Assembly (NCBI RefSeq): GCF_009914755.1
Contig: NC_060931.1
DNA from: the human T2T-CHM13v2.0 reference genome, Homo sapiens
Strand: one strand, 5' to 3'
DNA: 64,000 nucleotides
The notes under the pieces were generated by a model, which was not told where the DNA came from, made no database searches, and was given only the letters and a program-made list of their open reading frames with translations. The translations under genes were made by a program, and so were the position numbers. Below are positions 29,036-43,539 of this stretch, in pieces; within the stretch, counting starts at the first letter, position 1, and the number at the start of each line of letters is the position of its first letter.

Positions 29036-30879
29036 GCCCTTCCACTCTGATATACACTCCCGGCCAGGAATAAATAATACAAGATGCACTCCTCTGTGCT
29101 TTACATTTACTAAGAAAATAGGTGTTTCCGAGAATCAAGATCACGTGGGATTTTGTGTTCTTTTTCTAAAGTATGTTGCTCTTTTTTTCAAACAAGTTGA
29201 AGTGATTTCTGATCCTATGCCACAAATCATCCAAATGGGCTGCCTTGAGAGCCACGCATGCATTCCTGCTTTAAGGGGAGCCTTCCATTCACTTGACACG
29301 GACTGTCTGTAATTATGCAGGGCTAACTTCAGGCTGCAGTGTGCGTGGAGACGACTATTTTGAAGCAGGTCCTATTCCCTTTGATTGAAGTTGAAATCCT
29401 AAGACTTCCACAGCCGAGATCATTTGTGCCTCTCTGAGTTTCAATATTCCCTTTGAAATATTTGTCTGATGATACACCGTATGGACAGAGCCTCCTACAG
29501 TTCAGTTTCTGAGCAATTATCACTCCATGGCAATTTGACTTCATGTAGCAGTGGAGAAATAAAATACTTAAGGCTGCTGCCAGCCTGCCTAACAAAGCTT
29601 TTGCATAAGTTAAAGACTCAGAAAGGGGTGGGAAACAGTAGTTAAACCTTTGCTTTATCTTTTAAGTTTGTAAAACATATAAAATCTGAGTTCAAAATCT
29701 TAGAGGTTGTGACAGACTTCTCCATTAGCAGGTGAAATTAGCCCCCAAATTATAATCTTGATTGATTCAATAATGTTCAACTAGTAGTGGAATGAGTTTT
29801 ATTTTGAATAATTTCCTCACTCCTGTTTCTCTGCATCCTATTTCAGTTTGCAGTCTGTCCTTTAAATGGCATTTCCTTTTTGCCAAAGCACCAAGCTGTG
29901 AATGTATTGAGAAATGGGTGTGTTTACAATAAGACTATGCCATTACCAATAAGTCCCATTCATATCAGAAAAAATTAAACATTATATTCCTAAATTGTAA
30001 ACAAACAGTCCTAAATTCCAGAGATTATTATTCCCAGAAAGGCAAAGTACAGAGCCAAGAGAATTTGTAAATATGTACAACTTTACAAGATTGATATGGA
30101 CACCGATGCATGTTGCGCTCATCTCCACTTATTTCTTATTCATACACATCATTCTTATGTTTGACAATGAATATGGTATTGTGGCACTTGAAATCCTTTT
30201 TTTATTAAAAAACAGAAAGAATGTCAGCCAGTTAAACATGATATTAGGATTTCATCTTATTTTTTTGTTTTGTTTTGCAGCAAGAGAATTTAAAAGAACC
30301 ATCAATCCTCTCTAAAAGGTACTTTTAATAAATTGGCATACCTAATTTTGCATGGATGCCATGATGTCTGGCCTGCTTCTATTTGGAGTCTCTTGGGATC
30401 TATACAGATTTTTAATAGTCATGAGAACTTGTCTTGTACTGTGGATTGTAGAATTGTCTTCTATTATAGTCAGCTATCCACTCTATTTAAGACAGAAGTT
30501 TCTTTTGCTGCTTTCTTGGAGTTGTTTGATGGTTTATGAATACATAAAAATCTGTTGGTAATTATAGGTTAACGTAATTAGCAAACATTTTAAACTTAAT
30601 GTTTTCCTAGGAACAGTTTTTGTCACTTTTTCATGATTGTTTAAATATTATATCTTTAAACTCTGTAATAATTTCATCTAAGCAAAAGCCTTGATCTTTA
30701 AATCATTTGATGAACCTTAACTATCCATGATTTGTTTCAAAACTAAGTCCACACGGAGACTTCACTATGCCATGTGCCTCATCTAGTTATTAAATGTGTG
30801 ATACGCGTGCTTCTTAATGTGTGCATATTAGCTATTTTTAAATTATAATTTTACCATGAAGAAATGAATAAAACTTCCA

Positions 30880-31950
30880 AAAATGTCTGTCTCAGTGGAA
30901 TGTACACTATCGTAGGGAGATACGTATATATATAGTATATTGGTTGGTGATAAGTGTTATGGAGAAAAATCAGGCAGAAAAGATAATGTTTAGGGAGAGC
31001 CTCTCTGAAAAGATGGCATTTGCACAAAAGGCCCCAAAGGAAGTAAGGAAGCAAGCCATGCAGCTAGGGATGCCATGCAGCTAGCCATGTTCTAGGCAGA
31101 GGGAAAAGCAATTGTCAAAGCATTGAGACAGGGGCCTCCCTGGAACATGTGAAGAGTATCAGGGAAGCCAATGTGGCAGAGGCAGTGGGAGTAAGAAAAA
31201 GAGAACTGCAGTGGATGAGATCAGAGAAATGGTGATGGTAGAGAATGTGTGTGTGTTGGGGGGGCATCCATTGAGTGGCTTCTACTCTGAGTCAGATGAA
31301 CAGCTTTCAAAGGATCCTTAGCAGATAAGTGATGTGATCTGCCTTATGACTTAGAAAAGAAAACCTGAGCTACCCTGAGAATAGACCCTCGAGAGAAAAA
31401 GGGAAGGAAATAGACGAGTTAAGAAGCTGTTGAAATAATGCAGATGAGAGATGAGGAAGGTTTGTATTATCAGTAGAGATGGGATGGAGAAGTTACATTC
31501 TGGATATATTTAGAAGCTGGGGTAGATAGGATTTGCCAACAAATTGGATTAAAAATGTGAAAGAATGAAAGTCAAGGATAATTCCAAGTTTTTAATCTGA
31601 GCAAATGGAAGGTCAGAATTGCCATTTATTAAATGGAGAAAAGTTTGGGAGAAGCAGATTTGGTGGAGGCAAGTGGATAAAGGTTTGAACATTTAAGGAT
31701 GGGGTTGAGTAAGCAATTGCATCTAGAAGTCTCTATGTCAGGGAGACAGCTTTTGCTTCAAGATTTTGAGGCCATGAGAAGAAGAGAAGAAGTCCAAAGG
31801 CTGAGTTCTTAGACACTCATTGTTTAGAGTTCAGGGAGATAAGGAGAACCCAGCAAGCAAGACTAAGAAGAAATGATCCGTGAGGAAGGACTGGATTCAG
31901 GAGAGTGCTATGTCTCAGAAGCCAAGTGAAGAATTAAAGAAATGAAGCAT
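30880..31950 (-). mobile_element. L2 (L2a-like), about 1 kb
   Basis: 'gataagtgttatggagaaaaat', 'ggcagagggaaaagca..tgtcaaag' and 'ttctggatatatttagaag'. Confidence 0.85.
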
Positions 31951-33406
31951 GACAGTAAAACTTATACATTTATTTCTAAATAAAAATAATCTATTCATCA
32001 AAATAGCACGACATTTAATGTGTCGATAAATATATTTAAATTTAAACAAACAAATTCTACTTTGAAATCTAAATTGAGTAGTATAATTGTTGATTAAAAC
32101 ACTCAAGAGATTATATTCAAGTCCCTACTTTATTTATTTTACAGTGCCATGAACATTCAAAAGTTTGACCCAATTCTCTTGAGATTCCAAAAATTATTTT
32201 CAAATTCTTTTGGTCTTTTTATAGTGTAATATGTATGAAATATCATGTTTGCTCTGGGGTACAGTATTGTTTTTAATGCTGGGCACTGTAAAAATTCTCA
32301 AATTTTAGAATTCCTAAGTATCTGCTTTTTGTTTGTTCTTGGTTTATATTTTCTGATGTCAAAGGTCTCATATTTGCATGCCTATTCTAGGCATGGATTG
32401 TGGGAGTCTGAGCTTTAAAATAGTCCACAAGAATCATTTTGTGATTTGGGCTTTATCTACTGCCTTTAATTTTAGGCATCAATTTTGAAGTCATATCAGT
32501 AGCCTTACCACTTGAAGTACCACCAAGTAGGAGGCTAATTTTATCTAAGAAAAGTGTTTCTACTTCCTTTGTTTTTGATTTTGGTGAAGACATAGAGGGG
32601 ATAGGAGGATAAAGTAGAAAGAAGTGATTTGGCAACTATCCTATTAGTTTAAATCATAATTAGACCTAACTGCATAATTCAGAACCCAAGTTGAGTCTCC
32701 TAGCAGCTCCCTTAGGGGCTCTGGGGCTGTCCCATCACAGAAGCCCTCCACTGAACTTCCTCCCCAGTTGCTCCCATGGGCACGTTGCCTTGTGTCAGAA
32801 GTCAGAGTATGTCTTCTTCCAGCTTGAGTTTCTAGCTTCTAAATATTTGTAGCAGACTTTAAGTGGCAGGATAAGTGGATAAATGAGGAATATATCACAG
32901 AGACTCACAAAACTGCTCAGGCCCAACTAGTGCCTATGTTATCAGCTCCTCCAATCTCTGTACTTTTCCTTTGCTAGAGACATCACACCCACAACTGCTT
33001 TTCAATGCCCTTGCCACAAGGCTCTGAGTTCCATGGGGACCCATGTCTTATACATTGTTATATTCCTGGTATCTGACACCATATCAGGCATACTAAGATA
33101 CTTTTAAAATAAAGCATGAGAGGCCCAAACTACCTTGTTTAAAAAGGCAGAAAAAAATTGTAAAGAAGGATGACAAGGCGTGAATATTTTTCAAGTCACA
33201 ATCATAAAAATTTTTATAAATTGTTATTGATATATAGATTATATATAATCTATTTATATTAGATTAAATATAATCTGGCAAATAAATTAATGAATGGATC
33301 TCATATAGTTTATTTTAAGTAGAATTCATAGTACTGAGGAGAAGTAAAATCACCAGATACAAAATTAACAGATGTTTTAGTAGCCCAAAGTGTGGAGTAG
33401 GAAGTA

Positions 33407-33778
33407 TACGTTAGTCCATTCTCACACTGCTATAAAGATACTACCCGATACTGGGTAACTTATAAAGGAAAAAGGTTTAATTGACTCGCAGTTCCACATG
33501 GCTGGGAAGGCCTCAGTTAACTTACAATCATGATGGAAGGTGAGGGGGAAGCAAACTTGAACTTTTCACATGGCAGCAGGAGAGAGTGCTAGCAAGAGCA
33601 GGGAAAACTGCCTTATAAAACCATCAGATCTTGTGGGAACTTACTCACTATCACGAGAACAGCACGGGGGAAACTCTCCCTCTTAATCCAACCACTTCCC
33701 ACCAGGGCTCTCCCTACAACAATGAGGGATTACAATTCAAGATGAGATTTGGGTGGGGACACAAAGCCTAACCATTTA
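33407..33778 (-). mobile_element. THE1D/MSTA-type solo LTR
   Basis: 'ttagtccattctcacactgctataaag...gagatttgggtggggacaca'. Confidence 0.92.
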
Positions 33779-33914
33779 AGACATCTTAGAATTCTACCTA
33801 CCTCAGTAATCTTGAGAGACAAATATCTGTTATTTTCACCTTTGAGGAAACTAAGATTTCAAAGATTTAGCTGACTTGCCCAAGGACGTCTACCTGAGAA
33901 ATGTTTCTTACTAG

Positions 33915-33975
33915 GAATGTCCCCAGGAGATATTCGGCAATGTTTGGAAACATTTTTGGTTGTCACAAATGGGAA
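33915..33975 (+). mobile_element. MER20 fragment
   Basis: 'ggcaatgtttggaaacatttttggttgtcacaa'. Confidence 0.65.
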
Positions 33976-34814
33976 GAAGCTGGAAAACTTTTAGCTGGCC
34001 CAGGTTAAAATTCTATTAGCATGTAAGAAGAAAAGAAGATATCAAAAAAGAAGGAGAGAACATATCAAAGTTGCTTCATAATTAATATAAAGTCAGATGC
34101 TCCAGGAGATGTCAAATAATTTGCCCATGATCTGATGATGGTCAACTTACTCACCATTACCTTGTTCTTTCCAGTAATGATAACTCACACTTTTCTTCAT
34201 AGCCTAAATGAAAAAGAATAACATAAAGCAAGACTCAACAAACTAAGGGTCTTCTTGATACTAATAATAAATTAGAAGTTCAAGTTCCCTATGAGATTAA
34301 CAGGCTCCTTTAGAGAAAGCACATTATTAAGTACATGTCCTTCTAAGTGATCAAGATGTAAGTTTTCCTTGCAGTATAATGCTTTTAGGCGGAGAGGTAA
34401 CAGACTCCAGAGACCGGAGGGAGACACAGGATGAGAAAGGGAGGCAACTGTTATGATGTGCTATACACAAATGTGTGACAGTCTCACCCCATGAAGGCTC
34501 ACAGCTCTCCAGTTCCTTTTGATGACTGCCTGTGTGGCCAAAGTTTAAAATAGACTTAGTATAAGTGAGTGCTGTGCCACAGGAGGAGATGGAAGAGGAT
34601 GAGAAAATTACAAAGTACAATGTAGACAGCTTAGCTAGGAAGATGATGTTGACATAGATGATAGATCAATCGATAGATAGATAGATATAAAAATGGAAAA
34701 CAGGCCCTTTCCTCTTAGGCACTACATTCTCTGGGACCTTTTTCAAGACCATGTGAGGTCAGCATTACTAGCCCCATTAACAAATGAGAGACAAAGAATG
34801 CTAAATATCCTGAT

Positions 34815-35135
34815 GTAGGCAGCAAAGCCCCTACCTATTCCATCTGGCCCAGTTGCCTCTATAGGCTTACTTTGTATCACTCTCTTTCTCATTCATTCAG
34901 CTCCAGCCACACTGGCCACCCTGCTGCTCCTCAAATGTACCAGGCACATTTCCATGGGGCCTTTACACTAACAGCTTCATCTGCCTGTGGTGCTCTTCCC
35001 TGAAGATCTACAGGGTTCATTGTTTTTCTTTAGGTGTCTTCAAATGTCACCAGTTCCTCTCTCCCTCTTGATATTCCTCTACTCCATTCCCTGCTTTACT
35101 TCTCTTTAAAACATTTCTCACCATCATATTCTACA
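34815..35135 (+). mobile_element. L2 fragment (resumes at about 36480-36570 after the ERVL insertion)
   Basis: 'cagctccagccacactggcc..ctgctgctcctcaaa..accaggcac'. Confidence 0.8.
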
Positions 35136-35159
35136 TCACCCATCTATTCCAATCCTGCC

Positions 35160-36450
35160 CCCAACAACAAAATAACCTGATGTAAGAGCTTGCATGTAGG
35201 CAATGTATTTTGCAAGTAATGCCAAGGAACAAAAATGGGAAAATGGGAAGAGTGAAAAGAGAACAAAAGCAAAGCTAATCTAGCAGTGCATTATCAAGTT
35301 GGTGACAAATGTGGGTAACTAGGGCTCAATATGATTAGGGGTCCTCTGAAAGTCCTGCATAACACATGTCAGAATTGTCTACCAGAGTTACAGGCTTCTA
35401 TCTCCTATTCTTTAAGGGTAATCCCATGGCTGTGTTAGGAAAGATTCAGAATGGCTGAGCGGGTTCCCATAAGTGTTCCACACAGAGGAACGCTAGGGCA
35501 AAAGTTGGAGTGAGGTGTTAGCTGGTCACACCTGCAATCAGCTAGTTGTGGTACCAATGTCTGGAATAAAATGGTCAACCAAGAGGTTGTGAGGTAGGAT
35601 ATAAGAGGTTCATGAAAGAGTCCAGCTTTTGCAACACTGAGACTTCTCCCAGAGCCTTCAAGGCAGTGTGGCCAGTACTGATTTCTACAATAGACTCGAT
35701 AAAGAAAAGCTATTTGGGAAAGGGAGTCCCTGCTACCACCAGGCCGTCACTGATATTAACCATCTTTTTTCCTCCTCCAATGTCATTCTAAGTTTTCCCT
35801 ATTCTTAGTCACCACTCCAGTTGGTCTAAACTGCTTTGTCTGGAGAGATGGCTCAAACCATCATCTACATGGGGTTAGAAACCTTTATTACTACACCACA
35901 GTCAGGTCATTGTCTTTACAATAGTCCGTTTTCTGTTATCATCTGGACAGCCCCAAGGAAGCTCCTGGTTTCTACACCTGCTCTTCCATGGTACCACCAA
36001 GCAGCACCACCACAAGGAGCAACCATAGCTCCTCATTCAAATCAGGCTCAGTTATCCCCACCAACGTGATGACTTCCTTCTGCTTTTGGGGCCACTTGCA
36101 TGAGAAGCCCAAAATGGCCAACAATGGTCATAGTTCCAAGACTATGACTTATTCTGTCCTCTAGTGAAGTATCCTCCTGCCATGGTAGAAATCAGAACTC
36201 CTAATCCATCAGAGCCTAGATTGTAGGAATGAGAAGCACAGACATCACTAGTAAGTAAGAGTGATAACCATGGGGCCAATCTTTTACTTCATGGTTTCTA
36301 ACCCATGTATTCTAGCTTTGGGGAGGTCACAGCACCATATGTTGGCCATTAATTTGGGGCATACACACTTCCTGAGGAAAGCATTCCAAGCCTACATAGT
36401 GTAGTCCCTAAACTGGCACCTCGGCCAAGCCCCCAATATATCTTCCCATC
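35160..36450 (-). mobile_element. ERVL relic: LTR16-type LTR (about 35160-35615) plus internal sequence (ERV3-16A3-like)
   Basis: LTR16-like 'gggtaactagggctcaat'. Internal ERVL-like 'acccatgtattctagct..ggg..acagcaccata'. Confidence 0.7.
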
Positions 36451-38872
36451 ATTCTTTGAGGAAGCCACACCACTGTAGGTAAGACCCAGTACTTTTCACC
36501 ATTGTATTCCAACATGTAGATTAGTACCTGGCACGTTCATCACTCTGAATATATGAATGAATTAATCAACCAATTATTCTCTTTAGATTAACTGAGACAT
36601 TCAAAATCAAAAAACAAAGAGGTTGAAATTCATTATAAACTCGTACCTCACATTATTAAAGCTTGAGGAATGATCTCTTAGATACAAACGTAATTAGCTT
36701 CTATGATGTTGAAAAATAAAATTAGGAAAATTGAAAAATTCACACTTTCGTAATGTATGTGGAATTAATCTATTAATATAAAAACCATACTTATTTGGCA
36801 TACCAACAAATCATACACTTGGCAACATAGGGGTACAAATTCACTTATTTTTCTTTGTCCTGAACACTAATGAATTTCGTGTATGAAAAACTTCATTAAG
36901 AAACATTGTTTAAAAACAAATTGTCAAAACCCGACTCTACCAGATTAAATGTATGTTAAAACATTTAAGATGACATTTATTGCATCAATTTTTTAAATAA
37001 TGCTTGAGAAAGCTGTTAACATAACTTCATAGCCCAAAACCTTCTTCTCTTTCCCTTTGTAGCATATTTCTCCGATAATGTATTTTGCCTACTGCTACCA
37101 AAGTACCAGAAAATAATGCCTAAAAGACCAAAATGAAGTGTTTCAGAATTAAGGAGAAAGTTGTAAATTTGTAATGTTTTAGACACATTTCAGTTTAGCG
37201 CTTGATAGATCATGTCGGGTTGGTTGCGAGAGGGATTTCAAGGGCTTGGGAAAATAAAGTCAGTGTATGTGTAGTTTCATTTTTGAGAGAATCACTTTAT
37301 TACTGATCACAGGACAGTTGTTGAGCTCTGACAGCTCTAAGTGCTGAAAACATTAGAGAAGGTCCATTTTTTTGTTTTTGCCCAATTATGAACTGTAACT
37401 TGGTGAGAGAAGCAATAGAATCTATTTACCTAACCTAATGGTAATGCTTCATTTTAACTAAAATGTCAACACATAGTGGTCTCTGCACATATTTCACCAG
37501 CATCTAAATTCCACCATGGGGTTCAAATTTTTTAAATGAAATCTTAGACCCTTGGTAGAAAAAGAGCCAAGGATTTATATATCAATGTAAAAATGGCCTA
37601 TCTTAAAATATACTTATCACAAATATAAGAAATTCCTAAAATTTGGGGTTTTCTTCTATGGCTTTCTCAAAGGTCAGAATGCAATGTTTCTATTCAAATG
37701 AACAATTCAACTAGTTAACTAATACGAAGCCCCTTTTCTTATCTTCTGCTAACCTCTCACCTTTGAAATCAGTTGTCTAACTTCAAGTGTTGCCTTCCCA
37801 ATTAATGAAGTTATCTACACAATTTTCAAAATGTGACTCCATGTCTATGAGTTTGTTGTTAATATTACTGGAAAGACAATATAATGTGAAACAATAGCAA
37901 AAAGCAAAAATTGAAGGCACTAGCACCTTCTTTGTGGGACAGGAAAACTAACAAAACTTGGTGATTTGTATTAACTCAGGACCACAGTAATCTCATAAAA
38001 TGGCTCTTTCTTGGATTTTGCAAGATGGTTTCATTATTTAGTGCACCAATCAAAAAGATAGCCAAGTTTTTAATCCAGGCCAATTGAAAGCAAACAATCA
38101 ATGCAATTAAGAAACTAGGAAAAAAAGGAGAAATTCTGATGTCCAGCACATATATTAAACTTAATTATATTTTTCATGATAAAGTAAATTTGCTCAGTGG
38201 AGTCTCAAAGTATGTTATTGTTATAAATTATTTTAAAGTTTTCAAAGATAACTTTCAAAATTAAAGTTATAAAAGATGACTCCCATTTTCTCATTTTCCT
38301 CCTCAGTTTTTAATGAGCATACATTTCTCACTTCATCCATTAAGAAATGTTTGTGGTTTAAAAGTTCATGTTGACTGCAAAAATGGTGATAGAAGAAAGC
38401 TCTGAGGATATTGCTATAAAGTTAATAAATCATCTTCACTCATCAACTATCTTCAACCCGCACAAGTTATAAAGGATTATTTTGTTAGCACCACAGGGTA
38501 CACAATTTAAATTTAGAGAATCAGCCCTAGCAGAATAAGTTTGAATTCTGGAAGCTTCTAGGTCCCCTTGCCTTTAAACATTATACGCTTCAGAGTCCTT
38601 ACATTTTCAATTGACAGAGAAACAGAAAATCATTCTAACGTTTACCGTAGCTTTTCCCTCTAAGGGCTTCTTGCAAAGAATTTGCATGTTGCAATTATAC
38701 CTCAAATTAGAGATTTGAGTTTCCCTGCCTGGTCAATTATAAGACCCTTGGCCTTACCAGAGAATGAATACACGCTCTCAACTTTGCAAAGGTCTGAGTC
38801 AACAGCTTGTTGGGCTTTGAAGAACCTCAGCCGTTTTTGCGGCTGGAGCTTTTTCTCCTTTTCGTGTTTCAG

Positions 38873-39000
38873 GACCACTGCTGGTTTTCATTCATCTTCA
38901 TTCAGTGGGTTTCATGTGACATTTTGGGGCTGGAAACATAATGTGTCAGAAGATAGCTGCAGCTTCCTACTGCGTTAGTTATTGTTTCCTTTGTCAGAAG
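38873..39000 (+). other. Candidate non-coding exon (128 nt)
   Basis: Acceptor ttttctccttttcgtgtttcag and donor AAG|gtgagt. Stops in all three frames. Confidence 0.35.
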
Positions 39001-41171
39001 GTGAGTGAGCACAAACATTTTCCAATTGCTCTGATTTTCAGACAGGTTTAGATCTACTGAGCCATCACTGATGCACACGCCTATACCATTTAGAAACACT
39101 TGATATAGATTTCAGAAGAGATTTCTAAGTTCAGTTCTATACAAATAAATGTACTATCATTTATCCTTTTTCCAGAAGAGGCAGAGATTTCATATCCTCT
39201 CCTTGGTTTACCCCGATCAGTATAAAAGGAATAGATACGGTGCTTCAAAAACACTTCTCATTTGGGTTCAAAAACAGCAGCTCACCTTTCTGCTGGAAGC
39301 AAAACATTATCATGATCAACAGAATCTGTCTGTTGGGATTCAGTTCTGCAATCCTTTCATGGATCAAATTCCCATCAGAATCAGAATTAAGTCCTAAGTG
39401 AAAACTTAAATTACATTATAATACTCAGCCTCATAAGTTCCACCAAGGCTTTGCCAAAGGCATTGAATGATTTATGATAAACTTCAGAACCTCAGTCCCC
39501 TCTTCCCAGGGTGTCTTCAATTAATTCTTTGAAGAACTTTACTCTTGATTCCTTGTTGAACTGAAGTAATAAGGGGTTTAAGGCCTTTATATTTTTCCTC
39601 GAACTTTCTCTTCTTAACTTAGAATATCTGCAAGTGAAATATAATTGATTGGATCTTTCTAAATCTGTCTTTTATAAAATTATGGTTAAATATTATCTTA
39701 TTCCTGCAGAATTTATATGACTTTTAAGTATAAATCTCTATGTCATCTTAGTTATAAAAATCATATCATTAGAAATTGCCAAAATGCATTACACTTCAGC
39801 CTGAAGAGTAAGGTTCCTTTCAGTTAGAAAATAGCTCCCCAGGAAATTCCATGTTGGTCTGTATTTGATTCCCCAGCCGCTTGGGATGCAAATGCATGTC
39901 ATTGACTGTAATAAGAATTGGATGTATGTCTATAGGTAGACTGTAAAATTTTAAAGTTTGATTTGTCTCCTCATATGGAGAAACTGAATCCTAGGAAAAT
40001 TTAGAGACATTTCCTAGATCACACATTTCATTAAGGTTAGTGTGGGTTCTCTTTCTATTATGGGGTGTGGCATCAGAAAAATGTGGTTTTAAACACTGGG
40101 TCAACTAGTAATATGCCTTATATAAGTCATGGCATAGTCTACTTAGTGATGCCATGAATAACCCACTGAGCTTCATATTCTTAACTAGCATATTCTTAAC
40201 TTATCTATATTCTAAGATAGCTGAGAAGATGAAAAAATATGTATATAAAAATTCTGGCCCCAACACGCATTAAATGATGGTAAAGATTATAATTGTTGAT
40301 CTTTTTATGTAACTAACCTCCTAAAATTATCTTTCTGCCCTTTTCTCCCTGATTCATTCTTCACACAGCTTATGGATTAACTATCTATAGCACAGGTCTT
40401 AGTATGATTCTCTTTACTTTAAATATTCTCAATGGCTTCCTATCATCAATGAAATTATCTTAAAATTTCTCACCCTAAATTGCAAAGCCCTGCGTATCAG
40501 GCTGCAGCCCACCTTTCCAAAAATCATTTTAACTGTTTTTCTGTAATTACACTATTTTCATGTCTAGCTAAATTGGTTTACATTCCACAGACAATTCTCC
40601 AAATTTCTAAAACCAAAATTCCATCTCCCCTATAAGCGCTTTATTTATTCTTCCAACCAGATGCAACATTTCCCACAGAAGTGGGGAAGAGAAAGGAAAA
40701 AGCACCTACTGAATATATTTTCTGTGCAGAGTTCTTTCTTCTGTGCTGGGCACTTTAAATTTGTTATTTCATTAGTGCTTCTCTTATGACATGTTATCTT
40801 TTGTTATAACAAAAGACATGTTTGTTGTTGTCCATTAAAGCTGTCCATTAAGGGCAGAAATAATGTCTTAATCTCTAGCATAGAATATTTACAAGTAGAA
40901 GGACTTAGGGGGAAAATGCAAACTGAACACCTTAAATTATTATCAATAAAAGCACTAGCCAGAATGAGGAGTTGAGGGGCATTTGAAGCAACTTGGAAAA
41001 CCATGGCAGCTTATTTGGGGTAGAAAGGCCCTCTTTTATCCATCATAAATCATCATCAGATTTATACTTTGTTAGCAAAAGGGGGCTGAAGTACAACATG
41101 TCATATAGTGTGTTGCAATTGTAACAGGGCCTCACTCTTCTTTCTTCTTCCCAAGGCCTAATCAGTTACAT

Positions 41172-41273
41172 AAAAAAAGAAAGAAGAGAGGAGACGAGAG
41201 AAGAAAAGAGAAGACAAGAGAAGAGAAGAGAAGAGAAAAGAAAGGAAAAGAAAAGAAAACAAAAGAAAGGAAA
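41172..41273. repeat. Polypurine (GAGAA/GAAAA)n tract
   Basis: About 100 nt, almost entirely A/G. Confidence 0.95.
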
Positions 41274-43539
41274 TTACCACGAAACCAGTCCTGGAAAATG
41301 TAAAATGTTACTTGCATCATCATGTGAAAAAGCTCAAAAGATGGAAAAATATTTTCTAAGTACATTTATTTGGACATAACATAAGTATCTTCCAACATAT
41401 TTTAGCGATGGAAGATGTGGTGAATTGAAAATATGAGTTCAGCTCTACATATGCTTTATGGTCACAAGTTGCCACTTTTAAAACATTTATATACTCTTAT
41501 GCATATCATATAACTGAACATGAATGTTAGCATCTAAGTATATGTATCTGATGAAAATGCCAGAGTTATAAAATCTTTTTTATGTTTTTTTAATCACAAA
41601 AATATCAAAATGCACCTTGGTTTTAGGGAATAATTTTCTATCACTGGTCCTGAGAACTTCTAAAATTATGGAACAATCGTTCCAGACTCTCAATACCATT
41701 AAGTTCAATGAACTATAAACTCCAGGGCAAAGAACACAGCTTTTTTGATCAACAATGTATATTTAACGTCCAAGCTTAATGACTGAAGAAAGTAAACTCC
41801 CTAAAAACATAAGTTTTTTTTAATGAATCAAAAGAAAAGGAAAAAGAAAAAGATATTTAGAAAGGACCCATAGTTTGTCATCTGAATGCAGCAGACATTT
41901 AAAATGGACTCTATCTTTTCAAGAATATGAAATCTACTGACCCCTTTCAAGGGGTTCCCCCACCTTTCATTGCCTCCCTCAGCAGAGGGGTTGCTGGATG
42001 CCATTACTCAGGGAAACAGTTTTGATTCCTTCCTGATCGCCTATTATCTCTCTTGTTTTATTGAACCAGGGTCTCTCTGCACCCTGGCAGAAGCTGGCAA
42101 TTCATCAGGATACCATTTAGGGAATCACTGTGATGCTTAGTTTACAGTCCACAAGGCAGCTACTGGGAGAATCTGGATCAATGTGTTTTATGCCTCTGAA
42201 ATTTGGGCAGCAAAGAAAGAGTGCTTCAGTTATAAACATGCAATGTCCATAGTTCTCATCATCCTTCTGAACAAGCAGAAGCTCCCCTTTTCTGAACCCA
42301 AATGGAGCAATCCAATTACAAAGTCATTAAATCCCGTTATAAGGTGGTTCATAGGAGTTCCTGTTTCCAGCAAAAGCCTTTTCTGTGTTCATCCAACATA
42401 TATTCTGGCCTCTTGCACTCAGTTTACAAGGTTTCTAATTAAGCTCCAGAGAGGATGATATAGTTCACTGAACTGAGTCACTATGCTACAACTGGGAAAG
42501 AAGAGGCATTCCTATTTTATCAGAAAAATAAACACTTTAGTTTCATTTCCTCTGCCACACATGTTATCTCTTTGTGCTGTCACAACATTTTTTATAGGTT
42601 TTTATTTCAAAGGATTACCTTGAGATTACTGTCAACGCAAGCCAGAGAGACATCTCCATACAGAATATAGGGGTAATATTTTTTCTCCTAAAACATCCTG
42701 CTACAGACAATATAATATCATATAATATCACCGAAATAATCTCCCCTATTGAGAGCAAAGAGACAGTTTTCAATAGTACTTTGGTACAAAATTTGAGGAA
42801 AATAAAATGTTTATCAGTGACAAAAATACAATTTACCAGCTTGATTTTTAAGTCAAAAATTTAACCTTTTAAACGATTTCAGAAGCTCCGCTAATTTCTA
42901 CTGTTCCTTGTAACATCTGTAGGCAAAATACAACATGCTGGGTCATAATTCATAGCTTGGCAAGAAAATGTTGCTTAAAAACATAAAGGTCCTTTTCTTT
43001 TTATGCAGAGGAAAACATTTTAGTTATTATTCAACTCAAGTAAATGCTCATAACCATGGAATTAAATATTTCTGAAGGGTTCATTCCTGAGCTTTCTTCT
43101 GGGTTGAATTAGGCTTTCTCAGAACTATACTTCATGTCACCCACATGTCTTAAGAACTGGTGCCTTCTGCTCAGCTGTGCATTTTTTTGCAGACATGCCG
43201 GATATCTACGCAGTAAGTGCTCTGAAACTTCAAAGAGACACAGAGCATTCTGTGCTTTCTCTTCCCACCATTCCATGTAAACACCATGAATAACCAGACC
43301 ATTCTTATGCCAAAAGGCCCTGATGGCTTGACTTTTTGGTCTGTTAATTGTTCACAATCACTCCTTGCCTGTATTGTGCTTGGTAGGACCACCTTTCTGC
43401 AGCCAAAATCCAGCCACTTACCACTGCATATACTTCCTACAGCAGAAAGATACTGACCAAAGCCTAGTAGAAACCTGCATGGCATCCTGTCTCTTAATAC
43501 TTAATGCTACCATGCCCTCAGAGTATTCTTATTCAGAAT

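Noticed and set aside
31055-31084. Direct repeat gccatgcagctag x2
   Set aside because: Ordinary slippage duplication inside an L2.
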